Positions 14,446 to 25,941 of a stretch of 64,000 nucleotides of DNA are shown piece after piece. The position numbers and the translations under genes are program-made. Origin of the DNA: the human T2T-CHM13v2.0 reference genome, Homo sapiens. The DNA lies in assembly GCF_009914755.1 (NCBI RefSeq), contig NC_060927.1, one strand, 5' to 3'. Positions within the stretch are counted from its first letter, which is position 1. Every line of letters begins with the position of its first letter. A model generated the notes under the pieces. It saw only the letters and a program-made list of their open reading frames with translations. It did no database searches and was not told the origin of the DNA.

Positions 14446-15439
14446 CATATTCTTGAGAAGTAGGCCAGAAACTTGGCTTGCTGTGAAAATCAGAGGGGAA
14501 ATAAAAAGGATGAATGGAGAATAGTGTCTATTCCCTTTGGCACTTCTTACCTAATACTCAAGCCCCTTACTTGCTGAAACTCAAGTCTTCTCCTCCCTGC
14601 TCCCACTTGCCTTATATCTTCTCTCAATGAGTGAGGATTAAGGGCAGGTACTTCTCCCATTCCAGAGAAGCAGCAGCTCCATCTGGAGCACTCTGCCTCT
14701 TTCTGATGGAGCCCTCAGGGGTGTACACTGTAATGTCCATCTTCCCTCGTCTGCTCACGCAGAGGACAAGACTCTCACTCTCACCCTCTTTCTTTCCCTA
14801 TCTAATTTTCTCTCCTTTCTCTCTCTCTTTCCTCTTCATTTCTAGTGGCCACCAGCTCTGAAGGTAACATCCCAGCCTGAGTAGGCCTGAGCCAATTATT
14901 CTAGACCAGAATCAGCGGGGGTAAACACAAACACTCTCATTCTCTAGCTGTTTCCTCAGGTGCTATGGGTGTTCTGGACTGTTCTCCCCTTCCACTGCTC
15001 AGATGATATATGACACTCAATTACAGTTGAAGAGAAATGGATCAACTGCTCTAGATCCAGGCCCCTGAAGCTACTTTAATATGTACATAAGTGTTCACCA
15101 GAGGTTCAGTCCAGCTCTCTGGGGTGCTACATGGGTGCAGAAGGTCCAAAGACCCAGCTAATAACGAAAGTTGACTTAGCTTTTATTTAGCCTCCTTTAT
15201 TTTTTTTCCCCCCAGGAAAAAAAGGAGTTGGGTCAAACAGGAACTGGGCCCAGTATCATTACAACAATACTGCAAGGTCCCCCTTCATCCCAATGCCACA
15301 ATCTAGACTTTGTTTTTAGGAATATATTTTAGGAATAATAAATACAAAAGAAAAAATAAATCCTAAATTATGAACATCGTTATTTGGTTTTGCAAGTCAG
15401 TCAAAGTCATGTAAAGAGAGAGACCTAGTCATTATCAGG

Positions 15440-15665
15440 AAATAACTATCTTGAATTAGTCTGTAACAATTTCTTCTCATTGAGTATTTTTGTGTTTCCC
15501 TTCTCTTCATAATAGGTAACATGATTTCCTACTTAAAACGGTGGCAGAGTTTCCCTTAAAAACAAATTTATGTTTTAAAAGTCAGTTGATTCAAATAAAT
15601 ATTAAATATATTAATGCATATGCTGGTCACGCACAATTTGGAAAAAAAAAAAAAAGTATATAAAT
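15440..15665 (-). mobile_element. MER113-like hAT-Charlie remnant, terminal bases apparently missing
   Basis: agtttcccttaaaaacaaattta...aaaagtcagttgattcaaataaatattaaata...gtatataaatg. Confidence 0.6.
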
Positions 15666-15844
15666 GTCCTGGAGACTTCTGGTAGATTTTCTGCTGTTCC
15701 TACTCTGAATGGACATGGATCATTTTCATGCCACTTTGGGGATTGATGCATGACTCCTGTTGCTTCCAAACTGTCTCAAAAGAAAATAGCATTCCACCTG
15801 ACAGCTGCATGAACTCAAGTCTTTCTCATGTATGGGAGGCATAA

Positions 15845-16241
<397 letters not shown>

Positions 16242-17474
16242 CTTAGCCTTTTGCTTCTTATGGAAAAGCATTCTTCATTGTTTTATCCACTAGGCTTAGG
16301 CAAGTACCACCCTAACTCTCAAATAGCCTTTCCATCTGGGCACCCTTCTTCATGATGTCTTTGTTCCTGGAATGTGCCTCAAAGGTCTGATTTCTTAGGT
16401 GCCAAGCAGAGTAAAACTTCTAATCTTCCTTCTATCAATCCGGAGTTCCTGCTATCTCAACAATATACTGCATACCCAAAGCACATGCATAAAATAAAGT
16501 TTATTACAACAAGACTTTGTTTACAGAAGAAAGATTAGACTGATTGAATACATTGTTCTACACTGATTTTAATTGGTGCTATAATCTGATCTGTCTCTAA
16601 CCAGCTAATCGGTATTTAATCGGTTGCTTTAATTTTATTACAAGGCAGCTAGAATGCAGCTGTAGCTAGAGACCACACAGTAAATAAACTACATTATTAT
16701 TATATTTATGCATATGAGTTTTATTCTGCTTGTGTCAAAATTATACTCACTTCCACTCCCCTCCTAATTTGTTTGTATTAAACCATTGCTGTGCACTTGC
16801 ATAGTGGGAAGAGTTAAAAAATGCCTTTTTATTGCCAAGGGTAAGTTATGTGATAAGTTTCCAGATGTACCCACCTTCATTTGCCAAACAATCTTGTGAT
16901 TGATTTAAATATTTATACAGTGCTTCAATTACTGACATTGTTTCTATTAATTAATGATATTAGGGTTTAATTCTACAGAATACAGAAATAGAAACAGAAC
17001 AAATTCATGCACAAAAAAGCATCTGATATGATCACCCTGAATGTAGTTTCATGCTAGAGTTTCTACGCAATTCCCCAGAGAATGAAGCATACCAGCATTA
17101 ATAAAACTCTAAGTGTTTTAGGGGCTTTGAACATGGGTGCGATAGGTTCCAAAGCCCTATGTAAGTATTTGAACAACTTGACCTTATTTCAGCTTCTTGA
17201 GAGAACTATTAGGGACAGTCACAGAACCAACATGAAAAATTATTAAGTACCCACATACTGCCTGCCTGAAAGGACTCAGACAACTACAGCAAACTTCGAA
17301 AAAATATTAATAATATCAAAACACCTTGCGGCTGCTCTTTTAGATCGCTGCACATTTTTAAGATGTAATTTACTGGAAGCTCTCTTTTGCTCTTTCCTGT
17401 CATTTCAGTTATGCAAGAACACAATGCTCTCACCCTACGCCAGTCTGGAGAGCTTTGCTTTTCTCTTGGGAGGA

Positions 17475-17670
17475 GGCATGGTGCAATGATGAGAAGAAGG
17501 GCTTAGCAGCAGGCCGACCCTGGCTCCAGTCCCAGCTTTTACATACTCCCTGAATGACATCAGGCCATGTACTCTTAAGCCTCAATTTCCTCATCTGTAA
17601 AATAGGAGTCATCACAGCTACTCTGATATTAGTGTGAGGATTAAATGAGACAACACCATAAGGCTCTAGC
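17475..17670 (+). mobile_element. MIR SINE
   Basis: Core gcctcaatttcctcatctgtaaaatagga...gtgaggattaaatgaga. Confidence 0.88.
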
Positions 17671-17982
17671 CAAGGGGTCCAGCTGTTCCTTTGGCTACTG
17701 TGATCTCAGGCTCATTTAGCCCAGTAATTGTGGCTCATCTCATAGTTGTCTTCTCATCCTGCTGAGATTCATTTATTTAACAAATGTTTATTGGGTACTG
17801 ATGGGGGTGCCAAGCATGGGCTAGAAACCTGGAACACAACACTGAAGGTCCAGTTTGCAACACAAAGTCCAGTTGGTCCAATGAAAAAGAGGATTAGATT
17901 TGCCTTTTAACAAAACATTCCTAGGTAGATGTTTATGGTAAAGCTAACATCGAGCCAAGTATCACAGAAATATATGGCAGGA

Positions 17983-18120
17983 CATTAATGCCTAGTGTTC
18001 CATTATAGGAACGCTAAGCATGTGGGAGTTATTTATAACCTACAGCTCAAGGTCATCACCAAGGTCTGATTTTTCACTCATGCAAAAATTCAAAAAACTG
18101 AAACCTCTGGCATAAACGGG
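17983..18120 (+). mobile_element. MER85 piggyBac MITE (PGBD3-derived)
   Basis: atgcctagtgttccattataggaacgctaagcatgtgggagttattt...gcaaaaattcaaaaaa...ggcataaacggg followed by the TTAA target (18121-18124). Left terminus damaged. Confidence 0.92.
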
Positions 18121-20944
18121 TTAAGGAAGGGAAGGCCCCTTAGTCCAAGCCTTTCCTTATAAAGGTATGGAAAGAAACCATTGTTCCTCATCAGCATGAG
18201 AGCAATACGTGTTGTTTACATAGTATTTTGCCATCTGTGATGATTTTTATGTAGTGTAGGACAAGGACTTTCTAACGCTCGGCTCTATACTAGACCAGGT
18301 CCAAAAATCTACCTGAGTATCACTACCTCTGTCACTGAACTACTGTGACCCAATAACAGGATAAGATGGCTAACAAAAGATGCCCTCGTAGGAGGAACTA
18401 TCCAGTAGTTTGATTTCATACTTGTCCTAAACCTTTAAACTTGTTCTACCCACATGTCACAGATATGGAGGTTAGTGAAAACTACCTGTGTGTGTACAGA
18501 GCAGCTGGGAGGACATTTTGGCTCTGTTCTAGGCAGTCATGTAGGGCCCCCTTACTTTGCTCCTGCAGAGGGTCCTGATACTGTCACTGTTCTGCTCAGC
18601 TTCAAAACTCTCAGCAGGATGTCCCATTCCTCACCTAGCCCTCACCTGCTCTACCTAATGATGCTCAATCACTGAACTGGCCCAGAAATAATACCTGCCT
18701 ATCCTGACTTCTTACCCAAACCTGGGGCTACCTCCCTGACTGGCATCCTAGGGGGGCTCTCCATGGCCTTTAGTGAAGTGGTCAAAGAGAAGGGTCAACT
18801 CTTTATACAAAAGAAAAATGAGTCATGAGCTAACTGTGAAACTCTCAATAAGTCACATATTCTCTGATCTCCATTTCCCAAATCACACAAATTGAGAGCC
18901 ATCTAAATTGCCTCCCAACTCTGAGACTCTATGGATATACATATATGAATCATCATAGCAAATATATATCTATTATAGAAGCTAAAGGAATCTTCTCACT
19001 TTCTCCAATTAGTACCAACTAGATTACTCCACAAAAGATACTTGACCTTGTTAAAACAAAAAGCAAAACAAAAATACTCTTTTACACTATTATCAGGAAA
19101 TCTATGCCTGGCTTTAGCAGCAGAGTATAAATATTTGGTTATTGGATACTTTTCAATTTAGGGGAAAAGGTATATCTATTGCTTAAAAACATTTGTGCCC
19201 TTCTTATAGCCAGGTCACCCATTCCAAGTCTGAAGAAAATAAATTGAAGTGGTGGTAAAAGTTAGTTAAATTTCAGAATTTTTAAAAGAAGGGATATCAT
19301 TCATCTCTGGCTAGATAACTCTGTAAAAGATCTATCTGTAAGAACAGAAAATGCTCTTATAAGAACTTTGAGACTAGATAAACAAATGCATGCCACACAG
19401 ACCACCACTCCCATCTCCTCAGGCTGTGGCAGACATTATTAATCAATAACAGAATCCTTCCCACTATGTCTATACACAGCCTTCAAATGGCTCTCAATGC
19501 AGTATCTCAGGTAACTGCCAGCAACGAATCATATTTGGCATGAATGATAAAAGGTATTTGGAATCCCTGGCTTTATGACTTTGACTGTTACCCTGACTGC
19601 CATTTAGAGGATTAACAGCCAAGAATGTCACAGTGTCATTATTTAAATAAAATAGAAAGGGATCTTGCCTGCAGGAACATGCCTCTGAATATTAGTAGGG
19701 GATTTCAAGCTTGAAACTCTCCAGAAGTTTCTTTTTCATCACTCTAATGCTTGACTTTTTCTTCCTCTGCCCCCTCCTTCCTTATGAACTCTCAAGGATA
19801 CTTACAGGTCAGAAGGGTCTTCAGGTTGAGTTCTGGCCAAAATTTGTGGCATTTCCAAGTCTCACTTCACTGAATGAGTACAACCCTGAGACCTGTCTGG
19901 GAACATGGAGTGAGACAGAAACTAAGAGAGCCACCACTGCTGAGGCAGGGAGGGATGGCCTGGTGATACACAGGAAAGGTAAGTGTGGCAGTGCAGTGAG
20001 AGATGGGCTGGGGAGTAAGGTAGACAAAAGGATCTAAAGAGTGGAGTCCAAAAGCACAATGATACAAAGTGAGTGAAGCTCAGGGTTTAGCAAGTTAACA
20101 TGAAAACCCTAGCTCCTGAATGAAGAGTACCTTTTGCATGGAGCCTGGATTATCTTTTCTGCTTATATCTTTCTTTTCTCCTCCCTCCAGCCCTTCCCTC
20201 CTTCCTATATGCTCCATTTTCAACTCCCTTTATATTCCTTCATCTTTCTCTCCCTACTTCCTTTTCTTTAACTTCCATTTCTTTCTTTTTCAGTCATTCC
20301 TACATTTCCCTTTTTCTCTCATTCTCCTTTGTCTAAGCTTTAGACAACCCTGCTCACTAGCTCCTTGGCCTTTAAGAGCTTATAAGGGCTAAGGGGCTAC
20401 TAGTAGCTTCTCCCCATGCAACATATCACACAGGTGTCTTGGAGGGACAAAGTGGGGCTTGAGACTCCTGGATGCTACACAGCAGAGGTAAGGGCTCAGG
20501 TACCCAAGAGAAGAAATCAATGAAGTAGGAAGCAGAGGTGAAAAGAGTATATCAGCTCAACAGGATCAACAAAGTCCAGGAACACTGTCAAAATAAGCTT
20601 GGCAGAAAATCAACAGAGCAGAGAACAGCATGAAACATGAAGTGATACAGGTTGTGGGTGGGTGGAGAAAGAGAAATACAAGGCAAGCAAAGTGGCAGCA
20701 TTAATAAGCAGCCATGACTGGACACAGACCTGAAGATGGATATTAGGAAGTAGGTGCCCACTGAGAATGAGAGTAAAAACCAAAGTGATGAACTATGCCT
20801 TTGTAACACCTGACACAAAAGAAAAGAGGTATGCCAGTTAAATGGCAGCACCATGTACAGAAATGAGTAGATATTTCTTGGTTTTGCTTAATATCGCTCT
20901 GGAAGCACAGAATTCATGTTCTAAGACTTAAGAATAACCTAAAC

Positions 20945-21237
20945 CAGCCCAGTGTGGTGGCTCACACCTACAATCCCAGCACTTTGGAGGTGGATGGATG
21001 ACCTGAGGTCAGGAGTTTGAGACCAGCCTGGCCAACATGGCAAAACTCCATCTCTAATAAAAATACACAAATTATCTGGGCATGGTGGCAGATGCCTCTA
21101 ATCCCAACTACTCAGAAGCCTAAGTCAGGAGAATTGCTTGAACCCGGGAGGCAGAGGTTGCAGTGAGACGAGATCGATCACGTCATTGCACTCCAGCCTG
21201 GACAAGAACAAAACACCTCAAAAAAAATTAATAAATA
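20945..21237 (+). mobile_element. AluS with small deletions
   Basis: Alu dimer with TSD aataacctaa. Confidence 0.95.
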
Positions 21238-21309
21238 AATAACCTAAGTCTATTTGGGTGCCAAAAAATGTGTATTCTATTTGGACATTACAGTGGATTG
21301 ACAGCATAG

Positions 21310-21719
<410 letters not shown>

Positions 21720-22224
21720 TAAAAATTTCTTATATCAAATGACCGTTCTTGAATTGTTACCTTGGATTAACAGGGAGCAAATATTGGCATTTCCACACAG
21801 CAATCTACTATCTGGGGATAATCTAGCTTTCCTGGAGGGATGGAAACAAAGTGCATAATGGTTGTTTACCAATCATATAATATCAGACACCAATAATTTG
21901 TCATTCACTCTAGTGTTCTACAATCATTAGAGGAGCTATTCAACTGCTCTCAGACATACCAGCTATGATCATGTAGGAAACGTGATTCCGTGGGCTGAAT
22001 GTACCAACTCTTCACTAACATCTCAATACTCTAGACTGAAGTTAATGACCAGTGCAAACCACCAGAGTATTACAGTAAAAGAACAGCAGTAAAAAGGCCT
22101 TAATAAATCAGAAATTTAAATTGGCTATTCATTTTAGTTACAGCCATTCGTCAGAGCAAAGTGATGGTCCAATTCACCTATGTGGTAACTTACATTGATC
22201 ATAACAGTACTTTAAGTAATATCA

Positions 22225-22370
22225 TCCATTAATTTATTAAGCAAATATTTGAGTAATACCTACTATGTGTACAACCCTCTGCCAGATGCTGCAAGATATA
22301 TTCAGACATAAAAGAAACAATCTTAACCTTTAAGAAACTTGTAATCCAGTAGGAGAAAAAGACATTTTGT
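22225..22370 (-). mobile_element. L2 3' remnant
   Basis: tccattaatttattaagcaaatatttgag...tacctactatgtgtaca...aaccttt aagaaacttgtaatccagtaggaga. Confidence 0.6.
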
Positions 22371-22409
22371 AGAAGTCTTATTCAAATAAAATATGATTAC
22401 ATAAGATAA

Positions 22410-22550
22410 GGCTCCATCTAAGCTCTCTGCATTGCAAAGCTGATGGCAAGAACTACATTTCCCAGAATACTCTTCCCTGGATGGTTCGAGTGAAGTTTAC
22501 CAATAAGAATAGAGTGAGATGTGGAAGAAAAAGAGATAAAGAAACTGTTC
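22410..22550 (+). mobile_element. ERVL LTR fragment (LTR40/LTR50-like)
   Basis: aactacatttcccagaatactcttccctggatggtt...gtgagatgtggaag. Confidence 0.45.
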
Positions 22551-23064
22551 TTTGGAAGTCAGACAAATGTGCACAAATGAAGTCTTCCTCATTGCTGTAC
22601 ATTGAGAGATGTCCCTGCTTTCCTTATCGAAACTCTGATCTGTCTATGAGTTATTAACACCCTTGTCAGTAATATCACTTGTCATTAGGTCACAATTCTT
22701 GGGACTACCATTGTCTAGGTTCTTCTATTCCACATGCTTTGTTTCTGTGCATGTTGAGTCCAACATGTGTGTATATTTTAGGTAGTGTCACCTGTTTGGA
22801 TATCCACAAGACCTATTTACACAACACCTGTTACAAAAACTCACCCCAGATGTTTTCTTGTTTGTTCAGTTTAATTTATTATACAAATCTTCACATTTGA
22901 AAATATAAGCAAAAGTGATTCTAAGCCACTACAGGAAATTCACAAAAGCAACACCTGGTGTCAACATATTTCATCACATTTTAATGATTATGATGTGCAC
23001 AGGTGTGCTGAAAGTTTCTCCTCCATACTCTTTGATTCTTTTTAAAAATTTTTTTAATTATACA

Positions 23065-23410
23065 AGTAATACACTTCTAGAACTAATAAGCAATCATAGC
23101 AAGCTTGTGGGACAAAAGTTAATATACAAAGTCAATTGTCTTCTTATTGCTAGCAATGAACAATTGGGACTTGAAATTAAAAACACAATACCATTTACAT
23201 TAATGCCAAAAATTTAAATACTTAGGTATAAATCAAACGTGAAAGATCTATATAAGGAAAACTATAAAACTTTGCTGAAAGAAATACAAAAGATCTAAGA
23301 AAAAGGAAAGCTATCCACATACGCAGACAGGAAATCTCAATATTGTCAAGATATCAGTTCTTCTCAACTTGACCTATAGATTCAATGCAACCTCAGTTTT
23401 AAAAATCCCA
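23065..23410 (+). mobile_element. L1MC1/2-type LINE, ORF2 segment 5' of the retrocopy
   Basis: ctagaactaataagcaa...aaatacttaggtataaatc...tatagattcaatgcaa...aaaatccca. Confidence 0.9.
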
Positions 23411-24418
23411 AGCCAAAGTAAAAGCCATCTACGGCACACAGCATTCCGAAAGGTTTGGGCTACCTGACTATTATGGCACCAAGAAATCTCTGGTATATGA
23501 GAACTTTCACTTTAATTCAAAATGTTGGATGACCTGATTTTCAGCAGAAATGCTCTTCAAATCAGTTTCACTTAGGCTTTTTGGTGTGAAGTGAAACGAT
23601 GCAGACAATGAGCTTTGGAGAATGAGGAACCACTGAATAACTTACTATGGAAGTGGATACTGACATGGCAAAGAAACGACAGCCTGGAGTTTTTAAAAGA
23701 ATGTTCCCAATGAGCAGGACCTGAAGATGTTTCTTCGTTCCAAAGGAGCTAGCAAAGAAGTGATTGTTAGCATCATATCAAAATAACTAAAAGCTATAAC
23801 ACACACTCTTGAACGTCTTTCAAAACAATGGGATCTATGAAGGATTATGATATCAGATCTTGATACTGTAAATATTTTGGGCCATTCTCCTGAATGCTTT
23901 CTTTTGTCCCATGAAAACCTAAACTTAGGGATTCTATGAGTTCCTCTACTCAGCTGGATTTACCTGTAAATGCCTTTGTTGATTGTTGACCAATGTCCCT
24001 TGTACCTTTTCCAATAGTCTCGATCTGAATAAACAGATGGTTAAAGTTTTGCAGGAAGTATATTTTTCATTGGGTCACAATGATCCCACAGATTTTGTAA
24101 GAAAGATGATTTTTTAAAACCCTTTCATCTTAATTCAGGGTACCAAGCAGGTAAAAACTAACATTGAATTTTTACAGGCAAGTTTCAATTTGAACAGTAG
24201 GGAATTGCTATTTTAATATGTGGTCCAGGAACCAAAATCCTAGACCTTTCCAATGACTATGCCAAAACAAACTACACAAATATCAAACAGAAGCTGTTTT
24301 CTCTCTGAGGTACTGAAGAAGAGGTACAAAAGCTTGCCTTAAGTTATCCAGATGTGGGGAAAAAAAGTTATCCAGATGTGATCTTTTGGCAGAGAAAAAG
24401 TTTAGTGAGAAGAATATT

Positions 24419-24484
24419 TTAGCTTGGTGCAAAAGTAACTATGGTTTTTGGGCAAAAACCATAGTTACTTTTGCACCAATCTAA
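24419..24484. mobile_element. MADE1 (Hsmar1-derived mariner MITE, the miR-548 source family), centre deleted
   Basis: ttag(c)ttggtgcaaaagtaactatggtttttg-gg-caaaaaccatagttacttttgcaccaa(t)ctaa, inserted at a TA in the MTERF1-homologous frame. Confidence 0.95.
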
Positions 24485-24958
24485 TGGATTGTCTCATAGA
24501 ATAATAAATTAGCCTTCTGTGAAAGTAATTTGTGATAACTGAAAAATCCTTGGGTTCTGGATTCAAGCATAAGTACTTTATAAAGTCAAATCAAAGAATT
24601 AGTAAATGCTGGCTGTAACTTGAGGACATCAAGCATCACTCTTCTACTCTGGAGTTAAAAAAAAAAGATACAAAGTAAATTTAAAAAGTTAAGCAGAACA
24701 CTGGGGAATTTTTGAAAGCCAGTCATATAATGTAGTGGTATCTTTTCATTTTGAATTTGGGCCTTTCAAAAAGGAGGGGTATGATTTCTTAACCACAGAT
24801 ATATATATGTAATAATTCTTTGGCTATTTTGTTTTACAGGTTTATGGAAACTCATGGTTGATATGCTCAGGTGCAGTCCTCCTAGCTACCTATTTTCCAG
24901 TTTGAATTACTCCAACATACCATTATTTGATACAGGCTGTGCTGCTGTAGAGATGGTA

Positions 24959-25181
24959 GTGCCATGGTGATTTGCTACACAGATCATCCCATCACCTAGG
25001 TATTAAGCCCAGCATCCATTAGTTACTCTTCCTTATGCTCTCCCTCCCAGCAGCACCCCTCCAACAGGCCCCAGTGTGTGTTGTTCCCTCCATGTGTTGA
25101 CGTGTGCTCATTATTCAGCTCCCTGTTGTAAGTGAGAACATGTGGTGCTTGGTTTTCCGTTCCTGCGTTAATTTGCTGAGG
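24959..25181 (-). mobile_element. L1PA (about PA8-PA11) 3'UTR fragment without poly(A)
   Basis: cagatcatcccatcacctaggtattaagcccagcatccattag...gtgagaacatgtggtgcttggtttt. Confidence 0.9.
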
Positions 25182-25214
25182 GCAAAACCTGATTACTTTG
25201 AAAACAAGTTCTAC

Positions 25215-25711
25215 TGTGGCAGGCAGAATCATGGCCACACCTAGAGATGTCAACGTTTTAATTTGAAGAAGCTGCGAATATGTTATGCAAAAAGATTTTG
25301 CAAATGTGATTAAGTTGAAATTTGATTAAGTTAAGGGCCTTGAGATGACCTTGAATCATCTGAGTGGACCTAATATAATGCTAAGGGTCCTTAAAAGTGG
25401 AAGAAGGAGGCAAAAGAGGTCAGAATGATGCTGTATAAGACAGACTTGACCACTTTGAAGGAGGTGAAAAGGAGGCTTTGAAGAAGGAAGGGACCATAAG
25501 CCAAAGAATGCAGGGGGCCACAAAGAAAACTGAAAAGCCAATGAAACAGAATCTCCCCTAAAGGCCCCAAAAAGGAATGCAGTACGGCTGGTACCTTTTC
25601 AGCCCAGTGGGCCCAGTATCATACTTCTGTCCTACAGAACCACAGGATGATAAATTTGTGTTGTTTGAAGCCACTGAGTCTGATAATTTGTTACAGCAGC
25701 AAAGATTAACA
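25215..25711 (+). mobile_element. MLT1D-type ERVL-MaLR LTR
   Basis: tgtggcaggcagaatcatggcc...gtgattaagtt...ataaatttgtgttgtttgaagccact...ttgttacagcagca. Confidence 0.88.
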
Positions 25712-25941
25712 TAGCAACTAAGTAGATGATTTGTTGCATTATAGGTGGTCACAAAATACAATCCTTTAGTATCATGTATTTTTTCCTCTTACAAGAGTAA
25801 TTACATTTAAAAAAGCTATCTACCGTTGTAGAATCACTGTCGTTGTTTATAATAAAGTCCTTTAAATGTGCGCATAAAAAACTAAATGTGAATAAAATGT
25901 AAATAAAGGAATATTTTTGCCTAATAAATACAAAGAAAATG

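Larger units (their letters stand above)
23411..25941 (+). pseudogene. MTERF1: Processed pseudogene of MTERF1 (parent gene named in gene_symbol); CDS-homologous part about 23440-24715
   Basis: Manual translation gives SIPKGLGYLTIMAPRNLWYMR..CWMT*FSAEMLFKSVSLRLFGVK..MAKKRQPGVF..EQDLKMFLRSKGASKEVI..SNSLDLNKQMV..GHNDPTDFVRK..LDLSNDYAK..EEEVQK..SYPDVI..LDSSISTL..KELVNAGCNL, collinear with MTERF1 as recalled, with stops and frameshifts. AATAAA signals and a decayed A-tail precede 25941. TSD aaaatccca at 23402-23410 and 25942-25950, with host L1 continuing across it. Confidence 0.95.

Noticed and set aside
22461-22480. ZNF143-like motif aactacatttcccagaat (similar at about 62457-62474)
   Set aside because: It appears to be part of the ERVL LTR consensus, with no promoter context.
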